Of a stretch of DNA of 64,000 nucleotides, positions 58,710 to 64,000 are shown one piece after another. Numbering within the stretch: position 1 is the first letter of the stretch; each line of letters starts with the position of its first letter. The position numbers and the translations under genes were made by a program. The notes below the pieces were generated by a model. It saw nothing but the letters and a program-made list of their open reading frames with translations. It was not told the origin of the DNA and made no database searches. The DNA comes from Candidatus Latescibacterota bacterium (GTDB lineage: Bacteria; Latescibacterota; UBA2968; UBA8231), in the NCBI GenBank assembly GCA_965248355.1, contig OZ252098.1, positions 3,296,001 through 3,360,000 on the forward strand. The letters are read 5' to 3'.

Positions 58710-59754
58710 TGTGGTGATTGATGGCTACTTTCTTCCACTGGCCCAAATTGCTAGCACTTTGCCTCCTAGCGGCGCAATCACTGATATAGGCATCACCCCA
58801 CGAGTAATCCTGGCCGCGAAAGTCAAATCCCGCATCGAGCACAATCGCTTGGCAATGGGAGTGCATCTGATCCCGATTGTCGCGAAAAGAATCGCCTTTG
58901 CGCGTCCCCCACATATCCTCCCTGGTGTAGATTATTTTGCCCGCCGGCTTGACAATACGCATGTCTTTGGCCTCGAAATTCGGGTGGACTATCGTGTAAT
59001 CGCCATAGACCGGCCTCCGCATGCCGCCGGGCAGTTTCTTGAGCAGGGTTTGGTAGAAGAGCCAATCATGGCGCGGAATCGCATCTGTGCCCTTGGAAAT
59101 ATCCGCTAAAGTCTCGGGGATTGCAGTGCTGACAAGGACAACCTTACGGAAGGCCATGAGGTCGCCTAGCCGTGGCATGTAAGCGATAAGCGCCGTTGCG
59201 AATGAGTCGTAAGGCTCAAAATTCGGGGCCTTTAGATCGATGATCAGATCAATTCCCTTGAGCCCGACCTGCAAGTCCTTTGCCAGCGCAACGACCCTAG
59301 CTTCCGGGCCGTCCGCCATCAGATCTTCGAGGCGAACGAGGATCGCCGAGCCCTGTCTATCATGGGCGACCACGGTACTAACCGCCGCGATCGTAGCAGA
59401 ATCGGCAGCCAGGGGCAGGGCGGGAACCGCCTGCGCATCATGCAGCCTGAGGCCACTGAACACATAGTCGAAAACATGGCTGCCGTCATCCATACGTCCG
59501 TTGGCAATCGCCTCATTGAGCGCTATCCAAGCGGGACGCTGTCCCCACTTCTCTTGATAGCGCGTGATGAAGGGACGCACATGCTCATCGACTGTCCTTT
59601 TCGGCTCCTGCTGTTCGAAGTCGTACTCTACATCGGGGATCGTGATTAATGGCACAATCTGGTCTTTGACCGTTTGCCCGAGCCTCTTTAAGGCTTGGTA
59701 CTCGGCCTGCCGCCAGCGTAGCGCTGGAACATAAGTGTCATCACTCAACTGCAT
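58663..59754 (-). CDS. Beta-family protein (phage P4 beta/sce7725-like)
   Basis: YVPALRWRQAEYQAL, YGDYTIVHP, KIIYT, YSWGD, WKKVAINHHIT. Confidence 0.8.
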   Translation of the reverse strand: MQLSDDTYVPALRWRQAEYQALKRLGQTVKDQIVPLITIPDVEYDFEQQEPKRTVDEHVRPFITRYQEKWGQRPAWIALNEAIANGRMDDGSHVFDYVFSGLRLHDAQAVPALPLAADSATIAAVSTVVAHDRQGSAILVRLEDLMADGPEARVVALAKDLQVGLKGIDLIIDLKAPNFEPYDSFATALIAYMPRLGDLMAFRKVVLVSTAIPETLADISKGTDAIPRHDWLFYQTLLKKLPGGMRRPVYGDYTIVHPNFEAKDMRIVKPAGKIIYTREDMWGTRKGDSFRDNRDQMHSHCQAIVLDAGFDFRGQDYSWGDAYISDCAARRQSASNLGQWKKVAINHHITLVVEELANLGAVA

Positions 59755-61018
59755 CGTCCGGCTCTTCAAATTGAGGGCCCACCGTGCCTTGACCTACCAG
59801 ATCACTGAGAATGGTGTAGTCGGCGCGCTCTTTCCTGATCCGACCGGCTATGATGCTCGGATCGATCCCTAGCGTCCCGGCGTCGATTTGCACCCCTTCT
59901 TCCGAGAGCGCAAAACGTGACAGGCACTTATCCCAAGCATCGGGGGGTATCAGCGAGTCGAGGGCAAATCGGTCGGCGTCGGCCTCGACCTCGTCGGCCT
60001 CCCGAGTGCCCTCTTCGTCGAAGAAATCGTAGTGCAGGCCGTCAATAAGGTGCAGGAACACATGGCCAAGTTCGTGGAACAGCACAAACCAGAAATTATC
60101 CAGCCGATCATAGCGAAGTGTGAGCCCAATGACGGGCCGTCCAGTTTCACCCATCATAGCTGCCCCATCGAGATAGGTACCTGGCAGATGCTTTTCCGTG
60201 ATTAGAACGATGCCCTTTTTGGCCAGGAGATGACGCGCGCGACGCGGCCCGTCCTCGCGACGGGTCAGAGCTACCAACTTTCCAATCCAGCGATCGTCGA
60301 GTTCGAATTCAGGGATCTCGTGTCGCCTGATGGCCTTGCGCGCCCGATCCAGTACTCGTGCTTGCCAAGCGAGGAGGGCGTATTCGTTGGGGACGGTGCC
60401 GCTATGCATCTTCTTCCGATGGAATGCTGTCGCAAACTGCGGTCCAGCTGCGGTGAGGAAATATTCTCGCACTTTCTTGATCGGATCACCGCCACGCGGC
60501 ACCGTAAACCACTTCCGTTTGATCATGTCTTTGAAGGGAAACTGACGCCAGACCACGTCATCGACAGTTTTCCAAAAGAACACAGAACCGCGCATTTCTT
60601 GATCGGTTTCGAATAGCTCTTCGATGTGGACGCCGAGTAGGCGCGAGACGTCGATCAACTTCGCGAGGCTGGCACCCATATAGTCGGATGCCTCGTAGCG
60701 TTGGATCTGTTGCGGTTTGAGACTGAGTGCTTGCGCAAGATCGGTCTGGCTCATGCCAGAGGCGATGCGGGCCTGAATCAGGATCGAGGGCAAGCTCTCT
60801 AGCGCGAATGATTTAGCGAAGGTAATCTGTCCCGCCTTAAGTAAATCATAGTGGGCAAGCTCGGCTTCGATCTCTTCGATTTGGCTTTTGAGCGCATCAG
60901 TCTCGGCGATTTTCAGCCATTCCTGATCGGTCTCTCGCATTTGGGCGACACTGAGCGCCTCCTTCAGTTTGGTGAGCTCGCCGTTTGAGATGCGGTACTG
61001 CTTGTCGCTATAGATCAT
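59741..61018 (-). CDS. XRE HTH + ImmA/IrrE-type zinc metallopeptidase fusion (HigA-like antitoxin/regulator)
   Basis: ARIASGMSQTDLA..QQIQRYE HTH; LDGAA, LTLRYDRLDNFWF, HELGH (HExxH), EADADRFA. Confidence 0.9.
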   Translation of the reverse strand: MIYSDKQYRISNGELTKLKEALSVAQMRETDQEWLKIAETDALKSQIEEIEAELAHYDLLKAGQITFAKSFALESLPSILIQARIASGMSQTDLAQALSLKPQQIQRYEASDYMGASLAKLIDVSRLLGVHIEELFETDQEMRGSVFFWKTVDDVVWRQFPFKDMIKRKWFTVPRGGDPIKKVREYFLTAAGPQFATAFHRKKMHSGTVPNEYALLAWQARVLDRARKAIRRHEIPEFELDDRWIGKLVALTRREDGPRRARHLLAKKGIVLITEKHLPGTYLDGAAMMGETGRPVIGLTLRYDRLDNFWFVLFHELGHVFLHLIDGLHYDFFDEEGTREADEVEADADRFALDSLIPPDAWDKCLSRFALSEEGVQIDAGTLGIDPSIIAGRIRKERADYTILSDLVGQGTVGPQFEEPDDAVE

Positions 61019-61494
61019 GGCGTCACCTGTGGTTGCAGCATCGGATCGGTAAGCAGTTCGACGACCACAATCCCTTTCTTGTGGCCGCTGGACCGATCCA
61101 CTGGGAAGAACTCGAAAAAACTCTGTCCGACATCGATACAGATCATCGATGACGGGAAGAACTCACCCTGAAACCGCGCTTTCTGGGCGGCCCTCTGATT
61201 ACTGAAGTCGAGAAAAACCGGATCGAGCTTTCTGGAACCGACGCCCGTGGGATCCCAACAGGCATCGAAGTCACGAGGCTTTGGTTTGCCCGTCACATAG
61301 CTGCCATCAAGATATATCCGCAGGCAGCCGGCTGTGAGCAGACTGCGGACTCCGTCTATGAGACCATCGAACAGCGAGCGACGCCATGGGTTGGTCGCAA
61401 ACCTGTCGGCGACGGCGGCAAAGTCAGCGGAGTGCAAGCCTTGAGGCAAGACGGGCCAAGGAGACCCTGGGAGCGTGATCATGGCCGGGATCAT
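61015..61494 (-). CDS. DUF6932-like predicted nucleotidyltransferase
   Basis: LPQGLH, YLDGSYVTGKPKPRDFD (GS...DxD, pol-beta fold), KKGIV; ATGA coupling to the XRE gene. Confidence 0.78.
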   Translation of the reverse strand: MIPAMITLPGSPWPVLPQGLHSADFAAVADRFATNPWRRSLFDGLIDGVRSLLTAGCLRIYLDGSYVTGKPKPRDFDACWDPTGVGSRKLDPVFLDFSNQRAAQKARFQGEFFPSSMICIDVGQSFFEFFPVDRSSGHKKGIVVVELLTDPMLQPQVTP

Positions 61495-61497
61495 ATC

Positions 61498-61531
61498 TAC
61501 AACAATAATGTTGTAAGCGGGAGGCTGTCAA
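61498..61531 (-). promoter_or_regulatory. Leaderless sigma70 promoter with overlapping palindromic operator
   Basis: TTGACA (61531-61526), 18 nt, TATTGT (61507-61502), 7 nt, then ATG; inverted repeat TACAACA-ATAA-TGTTGTA (61498-61515). Confidence 0.75.
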
Positions 61532-62748
61532 CCTTCGCCGCCGGCATACTCGAACCGGCGATCCAAGCAGGGCCCCAACACACGGCACATGGGCAGCACG
61601 GCGAGCACGAACCCGGCGATCGCCGCCAGGGCCGTGCTGACGCCCCACAGGTCGCTGACCACGCCGAAGGCGGGGGGCGACATGGCGCCGGCGCCGATCC
61701 CCAGCGTGTAGAACAACCCGTAGGCCCGCGCCTGTCGGTCGCCGTCCACGAAGTCGCCGATCGTCCCGTAGAGGACGGAGGAGGTGCCGTTGAGGGCCAC
61801 CCCCAGCACGGGGAGGACGGCCAGCGCCAGGTCGAGAGGCAGCAGGATGGCGGCTGCGATCAGCGCCGTGGTGGCGGACTCGGTGAGGACCACGGTGCGC
61901 AGGATGCCCACGCGCTCGGCCACGAGGCCGCAGACCAGCTTGCCGGCGGCCCCTCCGGCGAAGACGAGGGCCAGCGCCACGCCCACCATCGGCAACGAGG
62001 CCCCCTTCTCCACCAGCAGGAAGGGCAGGAAGGTGAGGAAGGAGAGGCGGGCGCCGGTGTCGATCATGCCGATGACGGCGAGGAGGGCGAAGCCGCGCCG
62101 GTCGGCGATGCCCCAGCCGCGTCCGGTCTCCTCCCGGGCCCTGGGGGCCGGCTCCGCCCCCGTGGCCGCAGGCCGCCCAGGCAGCAACGCCCCCAAGGCG
62201 ACGGCGCCGCAGATGGCGAACACCCCGTACGCCGCCGCGCTCGTCTGCCATCCGTACGCCGCCGCTCCCGCGGCCACCGCCGCCGGCGCCACCACCTTGC
62301 CGAGGTCGCCCGTGAAGTTGTAGGTGCCCAGCGCCGCCCGCCGCCGCGCCGCCGGATAGGCCCGCGAGATGATGGAGGAGACCAGGGGATGCTGGGTCCC
62401 GCAGCCGGTGCCCGCCACGACGAGGAAGGCCGCGAGGCTGAGGAAGCCGCCCGCCCATCCCAGCAGAACGTAGGCGAGCCCGGCCAGCGCCGTGCCGGCG
62501 GCGAGTACGGCCCGTTCTCCGTAGCGCTCGGCAAGGAGGCCCGCCGGCACCTGGGTCGCCGCCAGCGTGCCCGCCATGACCATCTTCAGGGCCCCCACCT
62601 CGGTGTGGGTCAGGGCGAAGGCGGCCGCCCACCGGGGCAGCAGCACGTAGATGCAGTCGGTGAAGCCGTCGTGGATGGCGTGGGCGAAGCCGCCGGTGAC
62701 CAGGACCTTGCGCCTGGACCGGGCCGGGTCCTGCGGACCGGGTCTCAC
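61528..62748 (-). CDS. MFS transporter (Fsr-like)
   Basis: HAIHDG, GLLAERYGER motif A, QHP, about 12 hydrophobic segments; GTGA coupling. Confidence 0.9.
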   Translation of the reverse strand: MRPGPQDPARSRRKVLVTGGFAHAIHDGFTDCIYVLLPRWAAAFALTHTEVGALKMVMAGTLAATQVPAGLLAERYGERAVLAAGTALAGLAYVLLGWAGGFLSLAAFLVVAGTGCGTQHPLVSSIISRAYPAARRRAALGTYNFTGDLGKVVAPAAVAAGAAAYGWQTSAAAYGVFAICGAVALGALLPGRPAATGAEPAPRAREETGRGWGIADRRGFALLAVIGMIDTGARLSFLTFLPFLLVEKGASLPMVGVALALVFAGGAAGKLVCGLVAERVGILRTVVLTESATTALIAAAILLPLDLALAVLPVLGVALNGTSSVLYGTIGDFVDGDRQARAYGLFYTLGIGAGAMSPPAFGVVSDLWGVSTALAAIAGFVLAVLPMCRVLGPCLDRRFEYAGGEG

Positions 62749-63983
62749 GGCGCCCTCCGGTCCGGCCTCGGTCCGAACCAGGCCACCATGATCAGGCCGC
62801 TCACCGTCCGCGAGGCGCAGGCCAGCCCGAAGACCAGTCCGTAACCGTACTCGAGAATGAGAACGCCGCCGGTCAGGCTGCCGAGGAAGGCCAGCAACTG
62901 GAAGCCGCACACGCGGAAGGCCTGGATGCGGGCCCAGAAACGCCGGGGCAGCATCTGGGTGGTGAAATGCTGGTCGGAGGGGATGTCGATGACCTCACCG
63001 GCGCGCGCCAGCAGGAACATGGGGATGGCCACCGGCAGACTGACGAAGGCGCCCATGATCCCCACGGCTCCGCCGCCGGCCGCCCGGGAGGTCAGGATGG
63101 TCAGGGTCGATCCGAAGCGGCGCACCAGGGCCGGCACGCTGAAGGTGAAGGGCAGGCCCACGAGGTGGCTCAGGAAGAACACGGCGCCGATGGCGACCGG
63201 GCCGATGTGCAGCTGCTCCTCGAAGAACACGTTGAAGAAGGGGTAGGTGAGCCCCATGGAGAAGCCGCGCAGGCCGGCGGTGGCGGCGATGACGGCAAAG
63301 ACGCTCCGCGGACGGTCGGTGTCCTGCTCTTCCTCCGGGCCCGGCTCCCGGAGCGGCGCCGAGGGCCGCCGCGGGATGCGCAGCAGGGGCACCACCGAGA
63401 CCAGGGAGCAGGCGGCCCCGAGGAGCAGGGCATACCGGAAGGGCTCGGGCACGTCGGTGGAGGTGCCGAGGAACCAGCCCATGGCTCCGGGGAGAAAGCC
63501 GCCGGCGAGACTCAGGAGCATGCGGACCACGACCTGAACGGCGGACCAGACGACGATCGCCTCGGCGCGCCGGGACGGATGGGCGTTGTCGGACAGGAAG
63601 GGCACGTGGTTGACCCAGATGAAGGCGTTGGCCACGCCGCCCACGAAGGAGAAGGCCAGCAAGGCGATGGAGGCCGTCGACAGACACAGCCCGAGCTGCG
63701 ACACGGCCAGCAGCAGGCCCGAGGCGATCAGGAAGGGGCGGCGCCCCAGGCGGTCGCTGAGCATGCCCGTGGGCAGGGCCAGCAGGGCCGTGGCCAGCGG
63801 CGCCATGGCCGCCACCTGGCCGATGAAGTCCTCCTGATAGCTCAGGCGCAGCAGGTAGAGATTGTAGAGCAGGAAGTAGAGGGTCATCCCGGCGTTGATG
63901 GAGAACCCGAAGAGGAAGAACGACCGCACGTCGCGGTTGAAGCTCCGCGGCCGGAAGCCGCGCACCGCGGTGCCGAAGCTCAT
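62745..63983 (-). CDS. MFS transporter
   Basis: GMLSDRLGRR motif A; about 12 hydrophobic segments. Confidence 0.9.
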   Translation of the reverse strand: MSFGTAVRGFRPRSFNRDVRSFFLFGFSINAGMTLYFLLYNLYLLRLSYQEDFIGQVAAMAPLATALLALPTGMLSDRLGRRPFLIASGLLLAVSQLGLCLSTASIALLAFSFVGGVANAFIWVNHVPFLSDNAHPSRRAEAIVVWSAVQVVVRMLLSLAGGFLPGAMGWFLGTSTDVPEPFRYALLLGAACSLVSVVPLLRIPRRPSAPLREPGPEEEQDTDRPRSVFAVIAATAGLRGFSMGLTYPFFNVFFEEQLHIGPVAIGAVFFLSHLVGLPFTFSVPALVRRFGSTLTILTSRAAGGGAVGIMGAFVSLPVAIPMFLLARAGEVIDIPSDQHFTTQMLPRRFWARIQAFRVCGFQLLAFLGSLTGGVLILEYGYGLVFGLACASRTVSGLIMVAWFGPRPDRRAP

Positions 63984-64000
63984 CGGCGCTCACCGCCCCC

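Noticed and set aside
57763..61531. Prophage, IS or integrative element
   Set aside because: No integrase, transposase, tRNA target or terminal repeats visible; only a compositional shift

Overview
High-GC bacterial chromosomal window with about 55 genes; no rRNA, tRNA, CRISPR array, transposase or integrase was seen. Bases 1-53,000 are mostly housekeeping and metabolic genes: map, dnaE, dut, a xanthine dehydrogenase-family MSL operon with MoaD, an RND efflux trio, ugd/rfbB, tatD, argC, RluA, modABC, murD and kbl. They also include two separate ABC-exporter + DUF1854 loci. Four things stand out. (1) A sigma70-promoted, intrinsically terminated, densely base-paired non-coding RNA candidate of about 420 nt (34155-34573), followed by a second structured leader and a 60-aa RWP-RK-like HTH protein. 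(2) A lower-GC four-gene island (58077-61531): DUF6932-type nucleotidyltransferase, XRE-ImmA/IrrE fusion, Beta-family protein and a convergent sce7726-type nuclease-like protein. It has a leaderless promoter and a palindromic operator and is a candidate defence or toxin-antitoxin system. (3) A cluster of secreted proteins, including a WD40 gene frameshifted by one base in a G tract. (4) A LecA/PA-IL-like lectin behind modABC. Gene content (two PhyH paralogs, LamG/WD40/Kelch proteins, FlgD-like tail, WGxIK C-terminal motif) suggests a Latescibacterota/Gemmatimonadota-like organism; this is inference only. All family assignments are by eye from motifs, not from database searches.
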